From the NCBI GenBank assembly GCA_053919585.1, contig CM132793.1: 64,000 nt of DNA. One strand, written 5' to 3'. A program made the translations under genes and the position numbers. Under the pieces are notes generated by a model. That model saw nothing but the letters and a program-made list of their open reading frames with translations. It did no database searches and was not told the DNA's origin. The stretch comes from Euprymna scolopes (taxonomy: Eukaryota). Positions 1-13,500 of this stretch are shown piece after piece. Numbering within the stretch: position 1 is the first letter of the stretch; each line of letters starts with the position of its first letter.

Positions 1-390
1 AACAAAATAATAATAATGTTCATTATCTAACATTTCAACTTTTTTAATCGTAATGATAGTCGATTTTCCTAAATCAATTATCAGCAAGGCAACCCGATGT
101 CGCCCCAACATAATCTAACAGTAAGATCTGGATCTAGTCCCAAGAGCAAAGACAAGCATCATTTTTGTTGGAGATTGCCTGAAATCCTGTTTAGCAAATT
201 CTTTCATTTTCCATACATATTGCTTTGCTATGAATTTTTACCCTACAAGTGAGTTCGGCCTTTATCAGATTTTGTGTTTTATCTTGCTGGTTGATTTGCT
301 ATCCTCCCCAGTCTTTACCAGCTTTTATCTAGCTTATATTGGCCGTAAAAGGCAGTGTAAAATCATTAAAGTGACTGAAGCAGTATGTAA

Positions 391-1068
391 TCTCTATATA
401 AATAAAATGAACTCATTTTTCCCGTCTGATTTTGACATTAATAGGATTAAAAATCAAGATATTTCATGCAAATATAATATGCACAAACGGCAGAACAATA
501 TCTGAGGTGTGTTATAGGCTTATTATTTCTCAAATTCCTCGATAATCTTAGATTTCTATACTTTTTCTGCTGAGAAGTCACGGCCAAAATCGGTTAAGAT
601 CAATGAAAGTGGTAAAATATTTTCTCTCTAATAAATTCCTCCTCTCCCTGCCACCACTTAAGACCGTTTGGGGATCGTTCACAAGGAACAGTTGAGAAGA
701 GAACACCGGTTTGGCTTCATAGTTCTTTCATGTGAAGTTATTTAAAATCACTAAACTAAGCTGCAGTGCTCTGTGGCGTAGTGGTTAGCGTGCTGAACAA
801 TTCACATTATATTTTCACGTTCGCGCCGACCTACGGTAGTCGTTTTTTTTTTTTTTTTTTTTTTTCCCTAAACAACTGGAATGGACTTTTCTTGGTGGCC
901 GAACTGTTAACGTTGCAGATGGTTTTTTTTTTTTTTCACACTTTATTTTCCTACTTTTACTCATGACTCCGGGTTTGATCCTTCCTACTTACCTACCATA
1001 ACATTTTTTAAAACTCCCCCCCCCGTCCCGGAAACAAACACTCGGGCAACGCCGGGTACCCCCGCTAG
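391..1068 (+). mobile_element. Non-autonomous Helitron-like element
   Basis: A|TCTCTATATA 5' end at 391; 3' hairpin CTCGGGCAACGCCGGG followed by CTAG|T ending at 1068; no TSD. Confidence 0.65.
766..985 (+). promoter_or_regulatory. tRNA-derived Pol III A/B-box remnants inside the Helitron
   Basis: A-box TGGCGTAGTGG at 774-784 with degenerate B-box CGTTCGCGCC; second pair TGGCCGAACTG (~896) and GGTTTGATCC (~972); no complete cloverleaf. Confidence 0.45.
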
Positions 1069-1734
1069 TTATTAAATAAAACGAAGCTAAAACGCATAAC
1101 TAAAATTGTTTTTATTTACTTGGTGTAAAAAATTTACATGTTATCAAGTATTTTGTTAAAAATAAATAAATATTCATTCTACTACATTTTTGGTTGGTAA
1201 TTCATCGTTTTCTTTTTTCAGGTCACTCTGATGTTTACTATAATGTATGGAGGCACATATACGTCAAAATTGATCTAATGTTTTTATATGTGGATATCTT
1301 TAGATTATTTGGATTCTTTGGATTACTGTTCTCATCTTGAGTGTTATTTTAAAAACGTTTTGGTCGAAGTAAGCTCAAATCTTCTTCCGGTGTATCATGT
1401 CAAACTCTGAAATCTGAAGTAAATTTTGAACAGAACCCTTTATTTACTTCATGGGGATAGCATGCTCTCGTTTCATCAAGAATGACTGGACAGAGGTGCT
1501 AAGTAATTTGTGATTGTATTTTTTATGTTTTGTTTTTCCCAGAAATGTAGATGTCTTTAATTTCTATAAACTTAATTATTGTAAAATTATGCAATAATAA
1601 ATATTCGGCATTTTTTTAAGTTGAATAAGTAACAATGAACGCTTTAAAATCATTCAGAACCCCACGAATCTAACACTTTTTTTAAACACCTCTCTTCATC
1701 CCCCTTCGGGGGTCCTTAATACACCTCTGCACAC

Positions 1735-1759
1735 CCGGGCAACGCCGGGACCCCGCTAG
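1735..1759 (+). mobile_element. Helitron 3' terminus (hairpin + CTAG)
   Basis: CCCGGGCAACGCCGGG-ACCCCG-CTAG|T, near-identical to the end at 1068. Confidence 0.7.
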
Positions 1760-1764
1760 TTATT

Positions 1765-2200
1765 TATATAATAAATTTGAAAGTAATGTATGCCACATAC
1801 TAATTCATTAGGTCTCGGCTATTAGCCACTATCTTATGTAATTTTCGAACACAATTATAGACACATTAAGTCGTTATAATAAAATGCTACATTCCATCCT
1901 ATGAGCATCACAATCGCAACATCTATAGAGGAAGGAGGCCCTATTTTTCTCTATAAATATTTAGTCCTCCCACTGCTACCAATTGACACCTGGATCTATT
2001 CTACATTTTCCTAAGATATTATACTGCACCTATTGTAAGTGGTTATTAGCTACATACACATAGCATAATCTTTCCATTAATCGATTAAAAAATAATAAAT
2101 TTTCCCTTCTCAAAATCTGCCCCATTTGATTGGCTGAGACCGGCCAATTTATTATTCCAGAATTCACTTCTTCATTCACAAACTAATACACGGGTACCAT
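1765..2200 (+). repeat. Dispersed Helitron-like family copy (related to 34742-36627 and 56446-56900)
   Basis: Shared blocks TGCCACATAC, ACTATTAGCCACTA-like, TATAATAAAA..TACATTCCATCCTA seen in all three copies. Confidence 0.6.
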
Positions 2201-2445
2201 TATTTATTTTTCAATTTTGAAACGTCTTTTCAACCCTTACACGATCCTATTTTCTTTTTTTTTTGTGTATTTTGTTTTCGTTTGTTTTGGGGAGGGGGGC
2301 GTTTTTTATTATATTTTTAGCATTTACTATTAAATGTGGACGATTTTACTTATGTATATTCCTACGCTTACCTAGACTTCAATTGTGTTACTTATGTCAA
2401 TCGCTTACAACTCGCACATAATGCTATTTTGTTTTTGTTTTCAGT

Positions 2446-2902
2446 TTTGACAGGTAAAAAAATTATAAAACCTTTTTCTTTTTATATAAAACATGTTATT
2501 AGACCCAAAAGCTGAAATAAAGACAAAAAAAAATACATTTTTATTTTTTTCATCATTTTTTATTTGACTAAATTTATGCCAGTCGAGGCCGCCATATTGC
2601 TTTTATAATTTGGCTTTTCTAAAGTTTGAGGAGATGGGCCTTTTTATAGCCAAATTTGGCCTTTTTTACGCTTCCAGGAAAGGGGAATAAATGCCAAATT
2701 TAGCCTTAAAGGCCAATCTGTCAATCCTTAGAAAGGCCAAATTTTTAAAGCCTTGTGGTAGTCTCCAATGTCGTACATTTAGTCTCATAAAAAATGATGA
2801 AAAAATAACACTGAGATTTTTCTGGTTTTATTACAGTCTTTGGGTCTAAAAATGCGTTTTATATAAAACTAAATAGTTTCTATAATTTTTGTGTCTGTCA
2901 AA
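2446..2902. mobile_element. Degenerate MITE-like inverted repeat
   Basis: ~85-bp arms TTTGACAG..TTATATAAAAC..TAGACCCAAA versus TTTGGGTCTA..GTTTTATATAA..CTGTCAAA; TSD not resolved. Confidence 0.5.
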
Positions 2903-4319
2903 TAATTTACACTACGAAACTACAAATTTACCCTAAATTGCATTGCCTACCGAAACAAAACTTATTTGTTATGTATTTGTTTTTTGTTAGCTTCTCTCTT
3001 CCAAATTCATTATTGACACTGCTCAGACATATTTTTTTTAAGTAAATTTTTACATTAGTTCCACCTTCACAATTTCCTTTAAAATGACAACTCTCTGGTT
3101 TCCGACTATGCTGAAAAAGACGATCTTTTTTAATTTGGTCGAAACAAGTAGTTTCTGAGAAATAAAAACATGCATTATGCACTATAATTCAGTGGCCACC
3201 AGATTTGTTACACACATGCGATAAACAAATCTACTTCTCTCTACCTGACACTGCCACACCCTATTTTTCTTTCTTGGTTTATAGTCTTTGCGGGTGGGTA
3301 TGCTGACAACGAATATCAAGGTTAAATTTGAGGCAAACACTTTGACAAACTCCCTCCCATCATAAAATGGGGTGTCTATTCCAATAACCGTTCTTAACAT
3401 GAGGAAGTTGGGGGTGTCTATTCCAAAGGCTGTTCTTAACAATAGTACATTGGGGATTGGCCATGAACAACAACCATAGCTTAATTTTTTACGAGGGGAG
3501 GGGGCATGCTTACACTGGGTAACGCCTGTTAACCGTCTTTTTAGTAATATATAATAGGAATATAGAAATCAAATATTTTTGAATATTTTATCAAATAAGT
3601 CTGAAAATATTCTTTTAAGCTCATTATTTTTTCATTATTTCTGAATTCTTAAAGTTTTCTACATGAATAGTATTTTAAATGTGATTACATTATTTGTTAA
3701 AAAATTATATTATTTTATCTAAAAGAAAAATCTTTTTGGTAGATTGTGCTTTTAAGATTTTTCTTCTCATTGAATTTCTAGTACTTGAACACATATTAAA
3801 ACAAAATATTAGTTTTACTTCAAAGAATGCAAGTATCTAGAAACATACAGAAGAACATGATTTGAAAATTGTCAACTTTATTAAAGATTTTCAGTCATCT
3901 GTAATGGTTGTAAAAACCTTTCAAGGCAACCAGCAGTATTTATCAATTTACAGATATCTGCTTTGTTTTACCTTGGTTGTGTTAAATTGAGATTGAGAAT
4001 AAAGCGCTCAGAATAAAGTGTAGTTTTATAGTTTTATTTAGTGATGTTTTAAATAAGCTTGAAAATGTTAGACCCTTTTTATAAACTGATGCTGACAAGT
4101 CGTTTCTCATATAAAGTTTGGAATGAATGTCAATGTCAGATTTTTCTAACATAATTTTAGTATATTTAACAGGTATCATTTTTCTCTTCATCATGTCTGA
4201 GTAACCAGTGAAGCAGGTTTGCTATTTCAACCTTTAAAACTTGTAAAAGATCACATACATACCTGATGAGTGATTTTCAGAATGGATTATTCTTCACTTC
4301 AAGTAGGATTAAGTGGTAA

Positions 4320-4895
4320 GCATGCATATTAACTCACTCGAGCCCTTGCTTGTTTCAACGCTATGACACATCATAGGAAATAGACAATGTTAGTCGATAT
4401 GGCGACACTATCCAATTACGTTTTATGATTTCTTGTTTCATTTCAATATCGTCTTTAAATATAATATATAAGAATATTTATTAACTGATTATTTTTCAAA
4501 CAGATATATATAACATATTTATTTATAAAATATTATGCGGCAAAAATTGATAAAAGTAAATAAAAATATTCATTTGAAAAAATTACTACATGTAAAAAAT
4601 ACTCGTAGTATGTTATATTTAATATTCATTATTTCTGTGAAAATGTGTCTGCAAATAAAGATATAAAAATATGTAAATAAAAATATTTGAAAAAATATTA
4701 TGTGAACAATTCATAAAAGTAAAGAATCATAATTAAAAAAAATTAGTTTATGAATATTCTCATTTATTATATTTCAAGAAAATATTAAAATGAAACAAAC
4801 AAAAAATCGTGGAACGTAATTGGGCGGGTTTTTTATGATATGTCATGAAGACAACAAGAAATTGCTCGAGTAATTTGATATGTGTGATTGCTGAT
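4320..4895. mobile_element. Old MITE-like inverted repeat
   Basis: ACTCGAGC..ATGACACATCATA..CCAATTACGTT versus AACGTAATTGG..TATGATATGTCAT..GCTCGAGT. Confidence 0.4.
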
Positions 4896-7489
4896 TAAGC
4901 ATAATGGTGTTGCGATGAAGGTATAAATATCGATAGAGATGATTTCTTGCAAATTTCAGCATTCCAAGTAAAAATGTTTTGGTATGCAAAGATTTCAAAT
5001 ACATCCATGCACACAGAAAGATATCAATTTTATTAAAAACTTTTGATTTAATTTGAAAGAATTTATTGTCTTATAAATTTGAGAAAAATCATTCTGAATG
5101 TTAACAGATATATTTAATTTAATGTATCTGTCAGCTAAGAATTTAAACATACCGAGTATCAAGCCATTAATCATGGAGTTCGCCTGACTGACATCAGTCT
5201 CAATAGACTTAATGGGCATTGCTATTTTTTGTATATAAAAGTTCAATTTATAACCAGTGGCCTTTTTATTTTATTTTATCAAAGCTTTTTAGAATTTGAG
5301 TTTCTTTATTGATTACTTATTTTGCATACGTTTAAGTTGGCAATGATAGTTGTCTTCTGCTACGAATGTTGAAAAAGTATATATAAGTTTATAAAATTAT
5401 CTGACTTATGTTTGTTGATTCAGTGATGAATTGCAAAGAAATTGTTGTTGTAGTTGATACTCGAGTCACTTACTCTAGATTGCCAACAGCTAGACAAGCC
5501 AAATTGATACAAATATGCACTCTTTAGAGCAAAGTTATCAATTATAATCGCAAAGTAAATAAACTATGTAGACGCCACGAACAACCTTAAATTTAGGATT
5601 TAAAGCAAATGTAATTGGCGAAAGTTAGCTATGTTATATGTATTATGATTGTGTAATGTGAGAAGTTTGGAGTAGTCGTAAGATTCTCACTCAGATCACC
5701 CTTAATGTTTATCTGTTGAGTATAAGAATTCACTGTAATAATAAATATTTTGACGAAGAAGATAACTAAAACGCTTACAAGAAGTAAGCAAAAACTAAAA
5801 CACCCATAATATATCAATTATACAGGTAAAAAGATCTAACACTATTACCCGGTGTTATTCAGGTGATGAATGGAACATATTCTATTCAGCAGTATATTGA
5901 AAATTAAAGAGTAATTTTTATAGGTTCATTTATTTTCAAAAGTGTTTGTGTGATTTACTATTCTAAAAAACAAATCAAGAATAGCTCATTAGGCTCCCTA
6001 TAACACTAATTATGTATGTATCAGATTTCTTCAAAACCTGTTAAGTAGTTTTTAAATTCATGGGCACATTTATTTTTATGGAGTCATTATGACCCTTTGT
6101 CTCTTTTGCATAAAAAACTAAATTAAAGTAAATATAATCCACATTATTAACTGATTCGTCAAGAAGCCACAAGCAAAAATCCATGATAGGTTGATTAGTA
6201 TCCGAGTTAAATCCACACAAACGTGTGTATATATATATATATATATTAGTTGCACCTACCCAGCGTTTCTTGGGATTCAGTAATGTCAGTTTAGTTCATG
6301 TGTAAGTACTGAACAATGATATTTATATATAATAAATGAAATGCTCATGTAAGAGAGATAACTCCTATTTTAATATTCAAGTTTAATTAAGAGTTTTATC
6401 GCTTACATAAATTGAGTTATGCTTAGACATACATACAAAGTTTATGAATGCAGTGTCTGCTGCTTACATCACTACAGTAAAACAACGGTTTTAATAACAG
6501 TTTTAAAATGAAAACATAATTATTGCCATACTAGTCAAATAATTTGAAGAAACAAATAGCCTATTATTTAGTGAAAAAATATAATTGGTTTTCTGATGTT
6601 TAAAATAGAGCAATAATATTTTTTTTATCAATGACCTAAACTGATTTTTGTATTTTAGATTATTCGAAAATTCTCAATTTTACAAATTTTTCTGGCCGAA
6701 ATATGTACTTTTTTTTAACAAAAATTAAGTTCAAGCGAAATATATATTTTTTTTTCATTGCAAAGAAAATCGTACAGCATCACAAAAATTGGCTAGACAA
6801 AATCAAATATCGATTTGTGACATGCTTTGCTATTTCAGTCTAACTTAAAACATCCAACGGATTTGATTTATGCATTAGATAGTTTGTCAGGAAAAGTTAT
6901 GGCTGATGTAAGCTTCACATGCACGATTGTAGCAATAGTATATGTCTGCCCTCCCTTTACAGAAGTTAATCTTTTCCATACACTTTCAAAGAACTGAAAA
7001 GTCCAAGACTAAAGTCTGCACTTAAAATGATGATGAATTAATTATTTCAATTTGTAGTAATGTTTATTTAATACTAGTTTATGCTTACTTCTTGAGCAAT
7101 GCTGGTACAGTACCTGAGTATATTAATTACCATCTTTAACTAGCATATACGACGCTCTAACTAGGAAAAAGGAAAATAAAATAAGAAACATCACATGGGG
7201 ATAAATGGAATGGTTATTAGACATTATCGTCGGATGTTTTTGGTCTCTCTGTATAGGAGTTTGTCAGAGGCTCAGACATGAGGATAATTCTCATTGGAAG
7301 GAAACTCTGATCAAATATTCAAAAACATGGTGTGTTATCTCCTTAAGTCATTAGCATGTTCCTCAGGTTGTGAACAGAGACAGTCCCTCTATTTATAGAA
7401 GCCAGCTTCTAATACCAAATTAGAAACTGTCGACAATGAAGAATTAACTGATAAAAAATGAGTTTACATAAATCTACATAATGGCAGGG

Positions 7490-7810
7490 CGACACCAGAA
7501 AACAAAGGGTCTCTCAACCCAAACCTTCTCTCCTCTGGAAGTGGCATAACAGCCATGACAGATGTCAATCAGTGTCAGCCATCAGGCCTTGATAAAAAAA
7601 AGGCCCAGGGCCTCCTATCACCACCAACTCTAGCAACCCAAAAACAAAATATGAGAGGGTTAAAAGTCCGACCATGGTCAGTTGGGGAAAAGAATCTATT
7701 ATTGTTTTGCTACCGCTATTCAAAGCTTAAAAAGGGGAGCAAGATTTCAAACATGATCCTTACCAAGAAGATCAGAAAAATTAACCTCCCTGAAGGTAAC
7801 AAGAAGAATA
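7490..7810 (+). pseudogene. Possible 5' fragment of an R4/Dong-like (RLE) non-LTR ORF
   Basis: Translation RPWSVGEKNLLLFCYRYS resembles the N-terminal W..EEN..L..CY motif of such elements; nothing downstream is recognisable. Confidence 0.25.
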
Positions 7811-9126
7811 TTTGTGAAATTCTGTGGAAAAAATGTTACTTAGCTATCATCTTAACTTACATTAATCATAGTTACATGATATCTATTTGCATATTGTGTT
7901 CATTGGCAAAAATCATTAGAAATTATGTTTGTAAGCTCAAAAACTGCATTGAATTAATGTCAAATAATCCTTTATGTGTAGATTATCAAAAAAAAAAGAA
8001 AAAAGAAAAAAAAAGAAATATCTTTTTCAAGCTAAGTTACCTTTTTTATGTAACGATTTGTTACATTACTATGTTATGGGAATTTCTTTAAATTTTAAAA
8101 CACATATCCAGTTACAAATGTCTTTTGTAGGATTCAAACTCTGCTGTTGGCATCGTAAAATCATCTGCCTTAGATAATGTGTATTCTACCGTTTTCATTT
8201 CTGCTATGTTTCTAATTGCGTACAGACAAGATTTGTTTAAACAAATTTTTAAACTCATTTTTAAATTGAGTATTTGCAATAATAACACAGTATAATATTT
8301 TCTGAAAAAAGGACGCATACGTGTGATGTTAAATGGTTTGCTGTCAGAAATTGCTGACTCGCAGTAAGTTAGTTTATCCACATTTTCACTATATTTTTCT
8401 TTGTCAAAATATTACAAGTGTTTCAACGAACTTACTGCACTTATATCCTCTTAGTAAAAATACCTTTCATTGACACGATTAGCAGCAAAATTGACTGTAA
8501 ATGTCCCTACATACGAAAAAAAACTTTCTATTCTAATAGCGTTTTACCTCTGGCCGCTTATCTTCAGAATTCCTTCTCTCCATGCCCCTCGCTCCTCGAC
8601 CATAACAACGTACATAACTTTAAATGTAATGTGAAAAACAACGTTCTGCCTAACTCTCTACTTAAGGGCCTAATTTATAGGGAGCAACCAATCGCAGTAG
8701 CGCCTAATGTCTCAGTGGCAATATGGGTGAATAAAAAAGTAAAAGAAATATTTTTTAAATGTTATGAGTCAGAGACACAATTTTTCAGTCATTTTTATTT
8801 TATCTAAATTTGTAACCGACGTCATGTGAATGTTTTGGTCAAAGTATTTTATTTTGTTCAACAACACTGAGATGTTTGAAGGGGAGAAACTTGAGAAGAT
8901 AACCGAAGTCAATATTAGTCATCAATAGTCTGTGGATCTCCACTAGGTTTTATGAAGAATAACTGTACAGTAGCGTCTCAGATCTGTAGAGACTTCGATA
9001 TGGTAAAGAGTAATTGGATACTTTAACATACTATAGCATTTCATATATTTGCTGACTGAGTAGCATAGATCTTATTATAATGGAGATTATGTATCTGTCT
9101 GTTTATAACTCGCTATTACTATCTGC

Positions 9127-10825
9127 GGTGCCCGGAAAACTCGTCCCGGGAAAACTCGTCTCGGGAAAACTCGTCTCCGGAAAACTCGTCTCCGGAAAAC
9201 TCGTCTCGGGAAAACTCGTCCCCTTTCGCTAGGTAGGAAAACTGGTCCCTTATTGAATTAGTATCGATTGAAAACACATTTTATGATCGTTCTTGAAGGA
9301 GAAATTGTTTTTTTAAAATAGACTATAGCCCCCCCCCCATAATATTGAAAAAAAAATTTTTTTACTTGTTTGATGTTTTTTTTTTTTTTTTTTTTTAAAT
9401 AAAATCGATTTTCTAAGTGTCCGTTTTCTACCTAACTGGCTAAGTTCTTAGTGGTTTCACTTATTTTAAAGCGTTTATTATGTTCATAAACGAGACCGCA
9501 TATTTTTTTATATTAATATAAAAAGAATTTACTTATTTACTGTTGTTATAAAAGGGTAAAATCGATTTGGGTTTGTATTACTGTACACATAGATTCGAAA
9601 AAATTGTCAAAAAACAAATATATAACAAATAAATGTTATCAAAGGCAAGATAAGTTACTTTCCTACCAAACTGGATATATTTTTCGTGTTTTTATTCAAT
9701 GTAACATGTTTATTCAGCTCGAAAAACATACAGTGTTTACCGATGTATTGGACAATTCAAAATAGCGGCCGACTCTCTCTTAAACACAGTAAGTTCGGGA
9801 ATAGGTGTTATAAATAATAAACTAGACAAAATACTATTAAAAAAACCACCGAATATATGTCAACCTATGTCACGGTAATATATATTGAGCGAGTTTCTAA
9901 CAGTATTTTGTCTAGTTTATTATTTTTCGAATCTATGTGTACAGTAATACAAACCAAAATTTTAATATTTTTTGAAATATAATTTAGAGAGGGGGGGGTT
10001 ATATCTCCCTCGGAAAAACAACCAACAAAAAATGAAATTAAAAAGATTCTTGATAAACGATAGCGGAGTTTTCAATAAAATTGATTAATAAATTTATTTA
10101 GTGATTACTTTTTCTCTTAATGATTGATTTTAGAATTTTGAAGTACAAATTAAAAAAATTAAAAATGAGTTAACGAGAGATTGTTAGCACATGGCATCTC
10201 TCGCGCCAAAAAAATATTTCGCTTTTGATTTATTAGTTAATTTTTGCAAAATTTGACAGGACGACAATAAATGTTGATAATTGATAGAATTATAATTTTA
10301 AATAACGCATGAGTGTATTGCATTTGGTATGAGAGAAAACGAAAACATAACAACAAAAAACTATCATAATTAAAAAACCAAAACAAAAAAGTAACGCTCC
10401 CAGTTTTTAATTTTTGTGTTTTGTTTTTTTTATTATTGTTTTTATGACTCCAAAAAACATCGTTAAAATAAGAACCAAAAAATTTTTTGATTAACTTTGT
10501 ATGAACATAATAAACGCTTTAAAATAAGTGAAACCACTAAGAACTTAGCCAGTTAGGTAGAAAAAAAACCCCAAAAAAACATTAAACAAATAAAAATATT
10601 TTTTAAAAATATTATGGGGGGGGGCTATAGTCTATTTTAAAAAGCAATATCTCCTTCAAGAACGATCATAAAATGTGTTTTCAATCGATATTTATTCAAT
10701 ACGGGACCAGTTTTCCTACCTAGCGAATGGGGACGAGTTTTCCCGAGACGAGTTTTCCGGAGACGAGTTTTCCCGAGACGAGTTTTCCCGAGACGAGTTT
10801 TCCCGGGACGAGTTTTCCTAAATTC
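9127..10825. mobile_element. Mutator-like (MULE/Phantom-type) foldback element, family A copy 1, non-autonomous
   Basis: Exact 9-bp TSD ACTATCTGC (9118-9126, 10826-10834); ~350-bp subterminal inverted repeats starting with 6+6 units of 15-bp GGAAAACTCGTCnnn; non-inverted caps GGTGCCC and GAATTTA; no ORF. Confidence 0.9.
9569..9955. mobile_element. GGGTTTG-ended MITE nested in family A copy 1 (right arm internally deleted)
   Basis: GGTTTGTATTACTGTACACATAGATTCGAA ... TTCGAATCTATGTGTACAGTAATACAAACC; homologous to 21533-23587. Confidence 0.75.
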
Positions 10826-10965
10826 ACTATCTGCATAGTAATTCACTAATGTTTTTTTACATCTTATTGCAGATTTCATTTTAAAATTTAGCTATTACTA
10901 AATGTCTTAACCTGTTGATCTAATCTATATTCTTTTAATATATCGAATATATATATATATTTAAA

Positions 10966-11006
<41 letters not shown>

Positions 11007-12114
11007 TTTAGGTAAAAATGGCACCGGTAAAAATGGCACAAGTGAATAAATAGGTAAAAATGGCACGTAATGGATTAATGAGAAAAATGACAAAACGAGA
11101 ACATGCATGAATATCTCACAGTATATTAAAATGTGAAAATGTGCGAAATTTGTCGAATTAAAAAGGGTGCTAGACGACCGATCTGGTCTCAAATTTTACC
11201 CTCGTTTTGAGTTTTCCAAAAGTTAGGTCATGTACTGCGACGTCACCGGTGTTACAGAAAATAATGAGAAGTTTTCAAATTTAAATAGATCCTAAATGCG
11301 AATCTCGTTTTTGAGATTTCCCAAAGTGCTATTACGTCACAGGTGTCAGAAATAACTTTTTTCATCTGTGTGGTAATTCATTCACCTCTTCTCCCATATT
11401 ATAAGTTGAACACTGGGCAGAAATAAATAAAAAAAATCTCCCTTATTTACAAACAAGTTCCTTTTATTTTAATTAGTTACTTCTATTTATTTGTTTCTTT
11501 ACCATATATTCGATTCGATGTCTATACTAATAGATGCCTTAAAAATAAGAATTATCGAACATTTATTACTATAGACAACAAAATGAAAAAGTAAAATATA
11601 CAACAAATAAATGCTACCAAACGCAAGATATGCTAAAAGTAAAAATAAAATAAAAATAAGCAGTTTATATATTTTTCAAAAATACAAACAAAATAACTTA
11701 GGCATAAACAATTATAGCGAGGAACAGTCCATTTTATGACGGCTTCTGATATTGAAATCAGAAACCAACATTATGTTATTCGTTCCTCGTAATTTATGTA
11801 CACTTAGTGTTGTTTCTTTTTTATGGAACTCCTGCATTGCAACATGTCGGCAATGGAGACGAGTTATCGACCCCTTTATGAAACTCAAATATAAAGAAGT
11901 TTCTTCATAAATATTTCATGTTTTTTAAATTACTACATTGATGAATTAAAATTATATTTTGATACATTTTATACAACCTTAATGTAAAAAAAAAAAAAAA
12001 ATACTAAAAACAATCTATAAATGTTTTTAGCATATTTTTTTTTTCAATTATGAATCGAATCACTCATTAAAAAGAAATATTAAAACTTTAAAATTATAGT
12101 TCGATACATTTTTA

Positions 12115-13500
12115 TACTTTAAAATTAGGCACCGCCAAAAATGGCCGCAAAATCAAGTTGTTGTTGTTTTTTAAAACTAAATTACATTTATTACAATCCA
12201 TTATTTCTGAGTAACTTTTTTTTTTCCAGAAAGATAAAACCCTGAATTTTATCATATAGAAAACAGAATAATGTAAAACTTTTTCTACTATTTTTAATTC
12301 AATTTTAAATGTTAAATTTTCCCAAAAAGTTAACAATTGATATTTTTTGTCTTGCACAAATAACGTACTTAAATATTTTTAAAAAAGGGTTTTTGAAATA
12401 ATTTATTTATTCATTTATTGTCTAACTAAGATTTAGGATGATTTTCTAAGAGAATATGCAAAAATATTATAATATAAGTACCTGAATTTCAAATAATTCC
12501 ACTTATTCATATAGGTAACCAGACATTTCGCGTCGCCGTAGAGTTCAGATCGACTCTGTTTACGTTTTCTTTTGATTGAGACGAAAACTATGGAAGACCA
12601 AACAGGCCAAAAAAACTTATTTTTCAGTGACGAAAATTTCAATGTATTATTAAGCTGAGGCTGGCCAGTACCAGATGGGTGACCATTTGTATGAGTTTGG
12701 TTTTTAATGTGTATGTGTGTGGGGGCCAGGCTCCCCAAAATGGGGGGAGGGGGCAATTTAAAGCAGAATAAAAAAAAATTATTTCAGCGCGTTTGGTCCA
12801 CCGTAGTCGAAAGGCGGCAAACGTTTTCAAACGAGATCGAAAAAAATGATGCTATTTTTAACACAAAGGGCACAATATTTATCGAATTTTTTTTTTTTGT
12901 ATCGATTATTCAAAGCATGCTCTGTTTAATAATGGTCATGCATTATTCGGCTCGCTAAAAAAAAATTGTTAATTTATTTATCAAAAATTTTAAAATGGCT
13001 TTTTTCGTATAAATATAAAAAAAATTTTTTTTTTGTTTTGCTTAACTTAAATTAATTATTTTACTTAACATATTCACCGAATTTCACACTTCAAAACTCA
13101 AAAGCGGGATAATTAAACACAATCGAAGTTCTGATATTCAGACGTCAAAATAAGGTATGCAAACAATGTTTTTTTGTTTGTTTTTTTTAAATCTATAATT
13201 CTGTCCCTTACAACAACACAATATGTTTTGTTCAGTTTCAGATGATTATTTTAAGCATATTTGTTCCCACTTCAAAACAAGGGGGGGGTTTGTAAGCAAA
13301 AAAAAATATATATATAAATATCGTTTATGAAAAATAAGTACACTGTTATAAAGTTAATTCTTCTCCTAATAATCGCTGAAAATTTCGTATTGATCGGATA
13401 ATTACCTGATTTTTGGTAGATTTTTAAAAAGACGGTCCGTCAAAAAGTACTGAACTGCCCCCCCCCCCAGTTTTGGCGGTGCCTATTTAAAATTAAGTAC
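12115..13500. mobile_element. Short-TIR element nested in family B
   Basis: TAGGCACCGCCAAAA (~12126) versus TTTTGGCGGTGCCTA (~13471). Confidence 0.4.
12650..12686 (+). repeat. 5S rRNA-derived fragment
   Basis: TTAAGC..GGCTGGCCAGTACCAGATGGGTGACC matches the 5S internal control region and the copy at 34596-34702. Confidence 0.5.

Noticed and set aside
766-845. Functional tRNA gene
   Set aside because: Good A-box but degenerate B-box and no cloverleaf; lies within a Helitron
1340-1400. Penelope-like terminal motif (also ~7210-7400)
   Set aside because: Resemblance too short and degenerate to support
9134-9247. Regular repeat array suggestive of CRISPR or iterons
   Set aside because: 15-bp head-to-tail units without unique spacers, present as inverted terminal arrays bounded by 9-bp TSDs in eukaryotic DNA
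10637-10879. ORFs with GKTRLGKTRP repeats (also 21649+, 23949-) and CHFYR repeats (15211+)
   Set aside because: Translations of the 15-bp terminal arrays; a period divisible by 3 keeps frames open
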